Source: Bacteroidota bacterium (GTDB lineage: Bacteria > Bacteroidota > Bacteroidia > Cytophagales > Bernardetiaceae). From it: DNA of 43,963 nucleotides. The notes under the pieces were generated by a model, which was not told the origin of the DNA, did not search any database, and saw nothing but the letters and a program-made list of their open reading frames with translations. Both the position numbers and the translations under genes were made by a program. Shown in pieces: positions 21,214 to 30,371 of the stretch. The stretch's first letter is position 1; each line of letters begins with the position of its first letter. The DNA lies in contig JBPOJO010000287.1 in the NCBI GenBank assembly GCA_052033485.1, positions 1 through 43,963 on the forward strand. The letters are read 5' to 3'.

Positions 21214-22539
21214 ATGATCAAAATTATTAACCGTTCTGAGGGAAAACATTTATATGATTTAGATAGATTTCACGCAAGACTTTCTGATGAATATTTATCG
21301 GATAAAGAAGATCCACAAACGAAATTTGTACAAGAACAATTTTTAAAAGACACCACTGAAAAAGGGCTTGAACGTTTGAAATTATTAAACATTTCATATT
21401 CAATCCCATCACTTATTACAGAAAAGTTTTCGGATTATATCGGACAACCGATCACAACACTAAATGTAGATTTGGATGATTATGTTTCGGCTTTTATTTG
21501 GGGTGGTTTGTGTGTTTTTAGACCTAAAGTTATAGATGGAAAATTTGTTATAAATTATGCCGCTCCGGATGAATACGTTATTTATGATGACGGCACAGAA
21601 AAATTGTTTACTTACTATGAGGTTTTCGATGAAAACGACAACATGAAAACCTACATTTTAGAGGAAGCTTACAGCAAAAACATTGTAACAAGAAAGCTTT
21701 TTGAAGTTTCAAAACTTCAAACAAACAAAGATTATTCAGTGCAAGGGACTCAAGTCCAATTAAACAGCATTGTTTCAACAAAAGATTTAAAGGAAACTGA
21801 AACATTACCGAAAATCCTAACAAGCCCTCTGGTCGTTGTTCACAACCGGAAATTACGTGGTGTTAAATATGGAACCTCTGAAATTAAAAAGATTCAAAGC
21901 CTCATTTCATCAATTGAAATTCAAGCAGTAAATATTCAAGACCAGTTTTTAAAACATTTACAGGCAAAATTGGCATTACCGATAAGTGCAATGAAAGTTG
22001 ACGGTGAAGGCAAAGCCAACGTTAGAGATCTTGAAGCTTACGGAATGGAAACAGGCGATATTTTGCCATCATACATAACGAATTCAAACCCTCTGATTGA
22101 TAAAGCTTTCGATCAGATTGAGGATTTTTTGAGGCAAATTTGTGCGATTGCAACATTGCCAACAGAATTTATGGGGTTGAAGGATGGTGGCACCGCAGAA
22201 AGCGCTGATACAAAAAGAATTCGCCTTGTTTCATTCATAAAAAAAATAGAGAAAATTCGCTCTAAGTTTGAGGCCGGTTTTAAAAAACTTGAAGAAATAA
22301 GGAAAGCGTGGGTGCCAGGTGAAGCAGACCAGGAATTTAAAATAATATGGCCCTCTATTTTTCCTGACGATCCTCAAGTTTTGGCAAACGAATTGATGAC
22401 AGCACAAGATGCTAAATTGATTTCAAACCTTAAAGCCATCATGAAGTTCCAGGGGCTTAATGAAGAGGAAGCCCTTGCAGAACAAAAAATCATCAATGCC
22501 GAACAAGCAACCATTGATACAAACGCAATTCCGAACTAA
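21214..22539 (+). CDS. Portal protein (441 aa)
   Basis: Size and position between TerL and the Mu-F-like gene. No motif was verified. Confidence 0.7.
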   Translation: MIKIINRSEGKHLYDLDRFHARLSDEYLSDKEDPQTKFVQEQFLKDTTEKGLERLKLLNISYSIPSLITEKFSDYIGQPITTLNVDLDDYVSAFIWGGLCVFRPKVIDGKFVINYAAPDEYVIYDDGTEKLFTYYEVFDENDNMKTYILEEAYSKNIVTRKLFEVSKLQTNKDYSVQGTQVQLNSIVSTKDLKETETLPKILTSPLVVVHNRKLRGVKYGTSEIKKIQSLISSIEIQAVNIQDQFLKHLQAKLALPISAMKVDGEGKANVRDLEAYGMETGDILPSYITNSNPLIDKAFDQIEDFLRQICAIATLPTEFMGLKDGGTAESADTKRIRLVSFIKKIEKIRSKFEAGFKKLEEIRKAWVPGEADQEFKIIWPSIFPDDPQVLANELMTAQDAKLISNLKAIMKFQGLNEEEALAEQKIINAEQATIDTNAIPN

Positions 22540-22544
22540 TTATT

Positions 22545-23336
22545 ATGGATTTAATAACCGATAAAGAAAAACTTGCGGATGTAAATGACCCTTCAAAAGA
22601 AGCTGCGCATGTTTATGATGATTTAATTGCCACTTTTATTTTAATTTCAACATCGGAAAAAAGCAGAAAAGAAAAGTTTGTTTTGATTGAAAAGTGGCGA
22701 AATAAAATAAGAACTTACAACACAAAATTTGCTGAAGAAAAAACGAGGCAAATTTATTTAAAATATTCAGGGGATGCTTTTAATGAAGCAAAATCTTTTA
22801 TTGATGAGATTGATGTAAAAAAAAAATTATTGATCGGCCAAAAAGAAGAACTGGAAAACTTAGCACAGCAATTAGAAATTGGCTTAAACAAACGTTTGGA
22901 CGCTTTAACAGAACAAGCAAAACAACTTGCACTCAGGCAGGATTTAACGAAAATTCAGGAAAAAAAACTGGGATATAAAGACGCTACTGACCGAACACAA
23001 ATAACACCTAAAAAAGCGGTTAAGAATCTTCTTTTTACGAATAAAGAAGGGAAAATTGTTTCAATGCAATCGGTCATGAAATTTACCGTTGGTGACCAAC
23101 TTTGGTCAAATATTACCACCGCACAAAGAACACAATGGCTGCTTTTGGGGTTCATTTACGGCACGCATATTTCAGTTATGGATGACAAAACAACCATTAT
23201 TTGCCGTTCATTAAATTTAACACGCCGCGATTTAAGAAAAGATAAATTGCCACCCATGCACAACGGTTGTCGATCAAAAATAAAACTTTCAAAAGAAGGA
23301 TGGGATGAAAGTGTCTTTTTAAAAAACTTTAAATAA
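22545..23336 (+). CDS. Head morphogenesis protein, Mu gpF / SPP1 gp7-like (263 aa)
   Basis: C-terminal DDKTTIICRSLN...LPPMHNGCRSKI resembles the D..tC..C...pP.HpnCRC signature. Confidence 0.7.
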   Translation: MDLITDKEKLADVNDPSKEAAHVYDDLIATFILISTSEKSRKEKFVLIEKWRNKIRTYNTKFAEEKTRQIYLKYSGDAFNEAKSFIDEIDVKKKLLIGQKEELENLAQQLEIGLNKRLDALTEQAKQLALRQDLTKIQEKKLGYKDATDRTQITPKKAVKNLLFTNKEGKIVSMQSVMKFTVGDQLWSNITTAQRTQWLLLGFIYGTHISVMDDKTTIICRSLNLTRRDLRKDKLPPMHNGCRSKIKLSKEGWDESVFLKNFK

Positions 23337-23338
23337 AT

Positions 23339-23391
23339 ACGTCAATGGCGCCGCCCGCCCCGGGAAAATTTGAAATTTCATTTTTTGACGT
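23339..23391. promoter_or_regulatory. 7-bp inverted repeat (acgtcaa / ttgacgt) enclosing an 18-nt pure G+C block, ggcgccgcccgccccggg
   Basis: Read by eye immediately after the stop at 23336. The function is unknown: terminator, cos/pac site or binding site. Confidence 0.35.
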
Positions 23392-23449
23392 GCGTGGTTT
23401 TTATTTTCTAAAATGAATTGTCATTTTTCGATGGCTTTAAATACACAAA

Positions 23450-23555
23450 TTCCGATACCGTATCAATACCCTATCGATACTAAACGGCAAAAACGGCATC
23501 TCTAAGGTAAAGTTACAGTTAAAGGTAAAGGTAAAGTTTAAGGTTAAGTTATATT
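23450..23555. repeat. Iteron locus B (diverged copy of 11422..11510): 3 x (T)ATC(G/A)ATAC at about 11-bp phasing, 2 x AAACGGCA, then a hexamer tract
   Basis: tccgatac at 23451-58, tatcaatac at 23461-69, tatcgatac at 23472-80, aaacggca at 23482-89 and 23491-98, hexamer tract at 23503-23550. A 15-nt identity (taccctatcgatact) is shared with locus A. Confidence 0.6.
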
Positions 23556-23625
23556 AAAATAATAGGTGTGCCATTTCTTTTTTTTTAAAAGTAAATTATG
23601 ATTCCGCTGATTTAATTCAATCCAT

Positions 23626-23802
23626 ATGGCTCAAAGATGCGAAAAAATAACTTTTTCAAGTATTAAAAAAAGCATAACAGAAAGCGAAAGAATGAAATTC
23701 GCCATCCGAACATTTCATTATTTGCCAGCGTTTTTAATTTACGGATTGTCGTTAATTTTCATGCTCAAAATCTCGCAAATTATACTGCAATGGCATTTTT
23801 AA
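23626..23802 (+). CDS. Possible small membrane protein (58 aa)
   Basis: Hand translation: MAQRCEKITFSSIKKSITESERMKFAIRTFHYLPAFLIYGLSLIFMLKISQIILQWHF. Confidence 0.35.
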   Translation: MAQRCEKITFSSIKKSITESERMKFAIRTFHYLPAFLIYGLSLIFMLKISQIILQWHF

Positions 23803-23899
23803 TTTGTGCAAGTTTTTTTGAAATGATAAAGTACTGACGCTATCACAACACCTGCGTGCATGGGAAGCACGTTAAATTATTTTTTAAAACCCTACGCTT

Positions 23900-24514
23900 A
23901 TGGCTGGCGAATCAGTCGAAAAAACCGGTGAACAAGTTACAGAGGAGGCTAAAAAAGCCGCTGAGGCAACCAAAGCAGCCGATGACGCTGCAAAAGCTGC
24001 TGCAGAGGCAGAAAAACAGAAAACCGTACCTCATCAAGCCTTTCATGAAGAAAGGGAAAAACGGAAAGAGGCTGAAGCAAAACTGAAAAAAATGGAAGAT
24101 GACAGAATTGCTGCAGAAAAAAAAGCCCAGGAAGAAAAAGGGGAATTCAAAACTCTTTACGAAAAAGAACAAGCTCGTGCGAAGCAACTTGAAGAGGACC
24201 TTACTGGAACCAAAACACGGTTAACTGATTTTGAAAAACAGGCTACTGAGCGAATCAAAAAAGGACTTGAAACAATCAAAGTTCCTGAAGATAAAACAAT
24301 GGTTGAAACTCTCCTGCAAGGCAGGTCTCTTGCAGAACAAGAAATAATTTTGCCAAAACTTTTAGATAAATTTGGCACCCCTCAAAACATAAACGCTGGT
24401 GGGAATGGCGGGGGCAAAGGAGCACAAGCAGACGATCAGGCCACAAAAGCAGCTGAAGCTGCGAAAAATGGTGATATTTTTGGCCTCATTGCTAACGCTC
24501 CGGCGGCAAGCTAA
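23900..24514 (+). CDS. Scaffolding protein (204 aa)
   Basis: A/E/K-rich coiled coil immediately upstream of the major capsid gene. Confidence 0.7.
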   Translation: MAGESVEKTGEQVTEEAKKAAEATKAADDAAKAAAEAEKQKTVPHQAFHEEREKRKEAEAKLKKMEDDRIAAEKKAQEEKGEFKTLYEKEQARAKQLEEDLTGTKTRLTDFEKQATERIKKGLETIKVPEDKTMVETLLQGRSLAEQEIILPKLLDKFGTPQNINAGGNGGGKGAQADDQATKAAEAAKNGDIFGLIANAPAAS

Positions 24515-24545
24515 TCAGCATTAATCCTTTAAAAAATATTAATCT

Positions 24546-25718
24546 ATGGCAAAAGAAGCATCCTACGATTACGTTAATGTGGTCCGTGATTTATCCGGAG
24601 CATTTACCGAAATTGTAAAAAAAATTCCAGTACTTGCTGCTTTAGTCGGCGCGCCCCTTATGGGACTTGACGGTAAAGCATTGAAAGCAACCTCGACAAA
24701 GCATGAATGGCTTGAAGATGTTATGTCGCCTTTGGGTTGGACTGTAAACGGAATAAGAAACACATCCGGTGGTACTCTTGTGCTTACGAGCACAACAGGG
24801 GTAAAAGCTGGCATGATTCTCGGTTTTGAGTCTGCACTTGGAGCATCAAAAAGTGTTCAGTTGGTTGTTACTGCAGTAACAAACACAACAGATCTTGCTG
24901 TGTCAGTTTACGGTGGTTCAACGGACGTTCAGCTGGTAGCAACAGACGTTGTAAAACTGATTTCTCAACCAAAAGGTGAATCAAGCGAAGCAGATCCATC
25001 AGACGGTTATGAACCAACAGTTGAGTATAACTATACGCAAATTTTCGACCGTACAGCAAAGGTTTCTTTGACTGCTGAAATTGTAAAAAAATACGGAATT
25101 GAAAGTGCGCTCAATTACCAGGTTCAAAAAAAGTTGCGTGAGCTTGCTTACGAACTTGAAAATGCGATTATTTATGGTCGACGTGTTCAAAGGACCGGCG
25201 ATACAGGATTAACTCGCGGAACATTCGGTGGTCTTCTTTATTTCCTTGAAGCAGCATCTGGAAATGAAATTGACGCATCAAGCAATCCTATCACAGCGGG
25301 CATCCTCAATGATGCTTTTGAGTTAGGTTATGCGAACGGTGCAGACAACCTTAAAACGTTGGTTTGTAACACAAACCAGGCGCGAAAGGTTTCTGGATTC
25401 AATACCAGTGGAAATAATCCAGTAATTATGCGTGACGAAAAAACAGCTGGCAGTTACGTTATGCAGTTTGTTGGAGATCTTCCAGTCGGTCAAAATGGTA
25501 TGGTTTCTCAGATCGTTGTTGATCAAGCTTTCCCAAAAGACAAGATTGCAATTATCGATAGTTCAAAGGTTGGCATCGTTCCTCTCCGTGGTTTTACGGA
25601 TAAAGATGCTACCCCAAACGGTGCAGATTATGTTGCACGCCGTGTGCTTGGAGAGTTAACACTCCAACTCAAAAATGCTGCAAATAGTCATGTTTTGATC
25701 AGCGGATTGTCCCTTTAA
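24546..25718 (+). CDS. Major capsid protein, HK97-fold (SU10/DUF5309-like; 390 aa)
   Basis: Its position fits. STKHEWLED, NYTQIFDRTAKVS and QVQKKLRELAYELENAIIYG blocks resemble that family (recalled). Confidence 0.8.
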   Translation: MAKEASYDYVNVVRDLSGAFTEIVKKIPVLAALVGAPLMGLDGKALKATSTKHEWLEDVMSPLGWTVNGIRNTSGGTLVLTSTTGVKAGMILGFESALGASKSVQLVVTAVTNTTDLAVSVYGGSTDVQLVATDVVKLISQPKGESSEADPSDGYEPTVEYNYTQIFDRTAKVSLTAEIVKKYGIESALNYQVQKKLRELAYELENAIIYGRRVQRTGDTGLTRGTFGGLLYFLEAASGNEIDASSNPITAGILNDAFELGYANGADNLKTLVCNTNQARKVSGFNTSGNNPVIMRDEKTAGSYVMQFVGDLPVGQNGMVSQIVVDQAFPKDKIAIIDSSKVGIVPLRGFTDKDATPNGADYVARRVLGELTLQLKNAANSHVLISGLSL

Positions 25719-25741
25719 TCAGCCATCAAACAGTAACATTG

Positions 25742-25774
25742 AAAAGAGGCTTTATTCAAGCCTCTTTTCTTTTG
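25742..25774 (+). terminator. Rho-independent terminator after the capsid gene
   Basis: 11-bp stem aaaagaggctt / aagcctctttt, 5-nt loop, T-rich tail. Confidence 0.8.
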
Positions 25775-25826
25775 GATTTTTTTATAATAAAATTATAATT
25801 GTTTTATTCGTATAAAAAACTTAATT

Positions 25827-26219
25827 ATGGCAGTTAAATATTTTCAGAGCAAAATCGGAAATGTTGTGAGTAATGGAAAAACAAAGGTGAAATTTCCAAT
25901 TGCTGTTATTGCAATTTCTGATGAGAAACAGATCGAACTTTTAAAAACATCTGCAAATGTGAAAGAAATTACTGCAGAGGAAGCACAGGAACTTTATCCA
26001 ACTGTTTTTGTTGATATTGATGGGGATTCAACAGAAACAACCGGTGATGATGGCGAAGGAACAAAGGCCGTTTTAGTAGATGAGGCCATTGATCTTGGCA
26101 TTACACAAAAAGAACTGAAACAAGCAAAAAATCGTGCACAGCTTATTGAACTCGTAAAAAAAGCTAGACAGGCAAAAGCTGAAGAAGAAAAAATCAAAAC
26201 AGGAAATACACAGGAATAA
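25827..26219 (+). CDS. Hypothetical protein (130 aa), possible head accessory
   Basis: ORF track and position. Confidence 0.7.
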   Translation: MAVKYFQSKIGNVVSNGKTKVKFPIAVIAISDEKQIELLKTSANVKEITAEEAQELYPTVFVDIDGDSTETTGDDGEGTKAVLVDEAIDLGITQKELKQAKNRAQLIELVKKARQAKAEEEKIKTGNTQE

Positions 26220-26222
26220 AAT

Positions 26223-26250
26223 TACTAAATTTTAATAATTTAGTAGTTTT
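26223..26250 (+). terminator. AT-rich hairpin (tactaaatt / aatttagta) followed by a T-run
   Basis: 9-bp stem and 5-nt loop, read by eye. Confidence 0.4.
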
Positions 26251-26277
26251 TAGTAATATTCATTAACTTACAACAAA

Positions 26278-26919
26278 ATGTCAGACCCACGAAAATCTAA
26301 GGATAAAGAACAATATATTAAAAATCAAAGCGTGGCTGCGGTTGCTGTTTACCCTGCAGCAATTACTATTCCTGCAGGTGGTGCGGGAGTTGTAGTTAAT
26401 TTTTCACTTCCTAAACATCCAATTTCAAACGCCGGCGGTACTGATGTCGGCACCGGGAGCGATACGTCATTGGAAATTACTGCTGGTGATGTTTTTACAA
26501 CACAAGTTCCGTTCAAGTACGATGCTGAGTTGGCAAATGGAGAATATTATGTTGATCATTTAACTGGCATGGGGCGTGGGAAAAAAGCCACTTCAAACGT
26601 AACAATGACATGGAGCTACAAAATTTTTGAATTAAACGTAAATTTACAACCCATTGATCACCCAAAGAAACAGTCCGCCATTACTCCGAGTGACGACACA
26701 GATTTAACCGGAATTGTTACTAAGGGAATCATGATTTTTGGTTTAGTAAGTGGACTCACGGCAACCTTGAACATTCAACTTGAAAACGATAGTGAAGCTC
26801 AAGCATTACCATTTTTAAGCAATGGACAACCTTATATTTTTTATCCTGGAAAATTTAAGAAAATCACAGCAACAGGAACAAGTGTAAATGGCGCTACAAT
26901 CTACGGTTTAGGTGACTAA
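26278..26919 (+). CDS. Hypothetical structural protein (213 aa)
   Basis: ORF track and position. Confidence 0.7.
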   Translation: MSDPRKSKDKEQYIKNQSVAAVAVYPAAITIPAGGAGVVVNFSLPKHPISNAGGTDVGTGSDTSLEITAGDVFTTQVPFKYDAELANGEYYVDHLTGMGRGKKATSNVTMTWSYKIFELNVNLQPIDHPKKQSAITPSDDTDLTGIVTKGIMIFGLVSGLTATLNIQLENDSEAQALPFLSNGQPYIFYPGKFKKITATGTSVNGATIYGLGD

Positions 26920-26940
26920 TTATTTTACCCTTTCCAGTTT

Positions 26941-28089
26941 ATGTTTGCACCCTGGGTTGATCGATTACTTTTATACGAAACGAATGAATCATCAAAAATA
27001 TACGACTTCTCCTCTCTGTCAGTCGGCGCCTTTGCGAGCCCTCTCGGATTCACCCTAGAGCGCGCTTCAGTAGCTGGATACGAGAATGGCAATAACGCTT
27101 TTATAGTTGACGGTGCAGCCATAAATCAAGCTCGTATCGCGCAAATTGGGAGCCATAGAGGTCTTCGAATGGAAGGTCCGACAACGAACATGATCACCTC
27201 CAATCCTCGTGCTCCGCAGTCATGGGCGCTCGGCCCGGCGAGTGGAACGACTACAGGGAACGCTGCGGCGGGTCCTGATGGATTAACTCTCGCGGCTCTT
27301 CATGCGATTAACTCGGGAGGATATTCTAAGTATTTCGGCGGGTTAACCCTCTTGGCAGCTCGGTACACAGCCTCTGCATGGCTAAAGAAGAACTCATTAG
27401 ACTCATTCCAGATAAATCCATTCTCTACCGGAAACCACGGATTTGGGGGAACACTTGCCGCGGCATGGTTACGATATTCGAACGAATACATAGCAGCGGC
27501 CACCATATCAGGGGGATTCATAGCAGCTGATGGTCGAAGCAGTGGTGTGGCGGCTGGTGCGCGTAACTACTATTCAGACCTCCACCAACTCGAAAAAGGG
27601 CCACTCTCATCTTATACGAATTCTTCACGAGCGGGGGAACGTGCGTACATACTCGGCGCTCCGCATGTGGCAAACGGTAAGTTACGACCTACCACTGAAT
27701 GGTATCCGACTATCTCGGCTGCGGGAGCACAGACGTGGGGAATGGGGAATCTTAGACCGTGGACTTTAGACGCTTCAAACTATGTTGAGATCATCATAGG
27801 TGGAACGTGGCATAGATATGTGAAGGTGTGTGTAGGAGGTACGTCTGAACTTCTAAGCACGCCACTTCCTGACTGGTCGGTTATGGACTCTTTGAAGTTC
27901 TATGTGTCTGCTGGTAACGGAGTACCGACTGGCTGGTACGAGCACAACGGCGGTGCACGGACTTCACTCGGTACAGGTACTACAGACATGGATCCTCTTC
28001 TTGTTGGGGAGTCGACCATCGACTTCTTTTGCAATGGAACATCAAATCAACTTCAAGGACTCATTAAGTCAATCTCCTTCGCGCTATGA
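26941..28089 (+). CDS. Putative carbohydrate-binding / receptor-recognition protein (382 aa), first gene of the G+C-rich cassette
   Basis: EGPTTNMITSNPRAPQSWALG...NAAAGPDGLTLAALH resembles the E.a.TNl...s....W...APDG..tA block of phage fibre jelly-roll domains (recalled). G+C content is markedly higher. Confidence 0.7.
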   Translation: MFAPWVDRLLLYETNESSKIYDFSSLSVGAFASPLGFTLERASVAGYENGNNAFIVDGAAINQARIAQIGSHRGLRMEGPTTNMITSNPRAPQSWALGPASGTTTGNAAAGPDGLTLAALHAINSGGYSKYFGGLTLLAARYTASAWLKKNSLDSFQINPFSTGNHGFGGTLAAAWLRYSNEYIAAATISGGFIAADGRSSGVAAGARNYYSDLHQLEKGPLSSYTNSSRAGERAYILGAPHVANGKLRPTTEWYPTISAAGAQTWGMGNLRPWTLDASNYVEIIIGGTWHRYVKVCVGGTSELLSTPLPDWSVMDSLKFYVSAGNGVPTGWYEHNGGARTSLGTGTTDMDPLLVGESTIDFFCNGTSNQLQGLIKSISFAL

Positions 28090-30128
28090 AGCACATACCC
28101 ACATCATTCATCTACGTAAGCCCTACAGGCGGCGCAAGTGCCACTGGGACGAAGAACGACCCGGCGTCCTTCGCACGGGCAAAACAACTTGTCGTTGCAG
28201 GTGGCGCTATGCCTCTCGTTTGGCTTCTTGGTGGGGTTTATACGATGTCGGAATTTTTAGAGTGGACAGACACGGAATCATCCGTGAATGCGGGGAGATA
28301 TGTGAAGATTTCAAATTACCCCGGGGAAGTTGTGAGTGTATCAGGTGGCATACCTATTACTGGTCCATGGACTGGGCCAGACGCTAATGGCGTATATTCT
28401 AAGTCATTTACCGGAACAACGCGTAACTTGTGGGTGAACGGGTTACGGTGTCCCCGAGCAAAAAAGATCTATGGAACTGACCCACCAGGTCCAAATTATT
28501 CACCAGGCTGGATTGAAACTGCGGTAGGCTTCGACTCATACACTCTCGCCACTGGCGTGACGTGCACAATCTCGAACGGAACACCGGGAGTTGTGACACT
28601 TAATGGCCACGGATTAACGACGGGGTCAGTGGTCCACTTCACGACTACCGGGGCGCTTCCGACAGGGCTTACGGCCTATGTCCAAGGAAATACAAACCGT
28701 GTGGTCTATTACGTGAATGTGATCAACGCGAACACGTTCAGCCTAGCGCTCACGAAGGCCGATGCAATCGCGGGGACTGTTATAGCGACCACTTCCGCAG
28801 GTAGCGGAACACATACATGCGTACGGTACACACCTGACACCTCTATAGCATCCACGGCACGGCCAACAGACGTTGAGATTTTTGCTTCCGAGATGGGACT
28901 ATGGAAGGTATGGAGGCTTCGAGTAGCCAGCGTGAATGGCCACGAAATCACGATTCGGGAGATAGACTGGACTAACGCTCATAGTCACGGCGCTCCGTTC
29001 GTGGTGACGCACAGATCAATTATCCATATCGAAAACGCAAAAGAATGGGTGCAACTGGGTCAAGGATATTGGTATCACGACCGTGTCGCGAATATTATCT
29101 ATTATAAGCCAAGAACTGGCGAAGTGATGGGTACAGTGAGCGTCGTGGCGGGGAATCTTGAGACCTCCATGAAGTTCAACGGGACACCGGATAATAAGGT
29201 GCACATGAGAGTAGCCGGCATTATCTTCGAGTATTCTACATGGCTTCTTCCTGACACCATGGGATATAACACCGTTCAGTCAGGCGTCCATGGATATCAT
29301 ACTGGCGTGGCTGGGGAGACCTTCCTACAGATGCCAGGAATGATCGAACTGGAACATGCTGACGTTGATTTTCCGGGGTGTTTTGTAAGAAGGACAGGCA
29401 ACGCGGGGATAAGATTCAAAGATGGATGTGTAGAAGACCGAATTAACGACACGACTATAACCGATATCGGAGGCAATGGAGTGACGAATGGAACGGTACA
29501 GAGCCTTACCGATTACACGTCTCCCGCTGAAAATACAAAAAATAAGAATCTTAAAGTTCTTAACTGTACCATTACGTGGTGTGGCATGGATTTCTGGGAT
29601 GGGTGCGGCGTGTTCGAGACGGTGGCCGGGTCAACAGAAGTGGCACAATGCGACATTAATAATATCGCCTATTCGGCTGGCTCTTTCGGGTGGTATTGGG
29701 GGCTTTCGGATATCAGCATGGATGCAGCCAGTATGGATTTTCATCATAATAAAGTTATCCGAAGCAATCAGAAGTGTGGTGACGGTGGTCCGATATACAC
29801 ACTGGGTCATCATCCAGGCGGACGCGTTCATGATAACTACTTTGAACGTGAACAGTGGGGCCACATGCAGCCTATTTACCACGATAATGGAAGCCGAGGA
29901 TTCACCACTACAAATAACGCAGTGAAGACGAACGGTGACGCTTCAACTAAATGGCTCTACATTAACGCTTCTATGCCAGCTCAAGCTGTCTACAACATAG
30001 TCACTGGGAACTACTACGATGTCGGTACAGCGGGCTCTTATTCACCTACTAATACAGTATCAGGAAACATTGTTGGGCCTTTTGGTCCTGAAGCTTTGGC
30101 GATTATCGCTAATGCTGGAAGAAGGTAA
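28086..30128 (+). CDS. Right-handed parallel beta-helix protein (680 aa), putative polysaccharide depolymerase / tailspike-like enzyme
   Basis: The N-terminus has YVSPTGGASATGTKNDPASFARA. Repetitive beta-helix rungs are present (GNAGIRFKDG.., ITDIGGNGVTNG, NCTITWCG, HHNKVIRSN). ATGA overlap upstream. Confidence 0.75.
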   Translation: MKHIPTSFIYVSPTGGASATGTKNDPASFARAKQLVVAGGAMPLVWLLGGVYTMSEFLEWTDTESSVNAGRYVKISNYPGEVVSVSGGIPITGPWTGPDANGVYSKSFTGTTRNLWVNGLRCPRAKKIYGTDPPGPNYSPGWIETAVGFDSYTLATGVTCTISNGTPGVVTLNGHGLTTGSVVHFTTTGALPTGLTAYVQGNTNRVVYYVNVINANTFSLALTKADAIAGTVIATTSAGSGTHTCVRYTPDTSIASTARPTDVEIFASEMGLWKVWRLRVASVNGHEITIREIDWTNAHSHGAPFVVTHRSIIHIENAKEWVQLGQGYWYHDRVANIIYYKPRTGEVMGTVSVVAGNLETSMKFNGTPDNKVHMRVAGIIFEYSTWLLPDTMGYNTVQSGVHGYHTGVAGETFLQMPGMIELEHADVDFPGCFVRRTGNAGIRFKDGCVEDRINDTTITDIGGNGVTNGTVQSLTDYTSPAENTKNKNLKVLNCTITWCGMDFWDGCGVFETVAGSTEVAQCDINNIAYSAGSFGWYWGLSDISMDAASMDFHHNKVIRSNQKCGDGGPIYTLGHHPGGRVHDNYFEREQWGHMQPIYHDNGSRGFTTTNNAVKTNGDASTKWLYINASMPAQAVYNIVTGNYYDVGTAGSYSPTNTVSGNIVGPFGPEALAIIANAGRR

Positions 30129-30151
30129 TTTTTATTTTTTATTAAAACAAA

Positions 30152-30349
30152 ATGCCAACATCGGAAATTGCACAACTTGGAAGCTATGGATTAATCGGAG
30201 TAATGCTCGGATTGATTTTACTGGTTGCGGGAGTTGTTTTGCTCCTTTATAAGATCGTATCAAAACATATTCATCATAGTACTCAAGCGGCACTAAAAAG
30301 CATTCAGGTCATGGAAAGGCTTGCGGTTATGATTGAAGCAAAACTTTAA
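30152..30349 (+). CDS. Small single-pass membrane protein (65 aa), holin-like
   Basis: One strong TM segment (LIGVMLGLILLVAGVVLLLY) followed by a charged C-terminus. Confidence 0.55.
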   Translation: MPTSEIAQLGSYGLIGVMLGLILLVAGVVLLLYKIVSKHIHHSTQAALKSIQVMERLAVMIEAKL

Positions 30350-30371
30350 ATCTTTAAAAGAGTATTTTTTT

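Noticed and set aside
23856-24187. ORFs 23856..24086 (+) and 23912..24187 (-), overlapping the scaffold gene
   Set aside because: These are off-frame and antisense reads of an A/E/K-rich coiled-coil gene. The products are low-complexity and basic, or Phe-rich.
27530-29925. Alternative-frame and antisense ORFs within the G+C-rich cassette (27530..27769, 27902..28387, 29488..29925, 28408..28599-, 29631..29882-)
   Set aside because: High local G+C lowers stop-codon frequency in all frames. The translations are Arg/Trp/Cys-rich, as is typical of off-frame reads of GC-rich genes.
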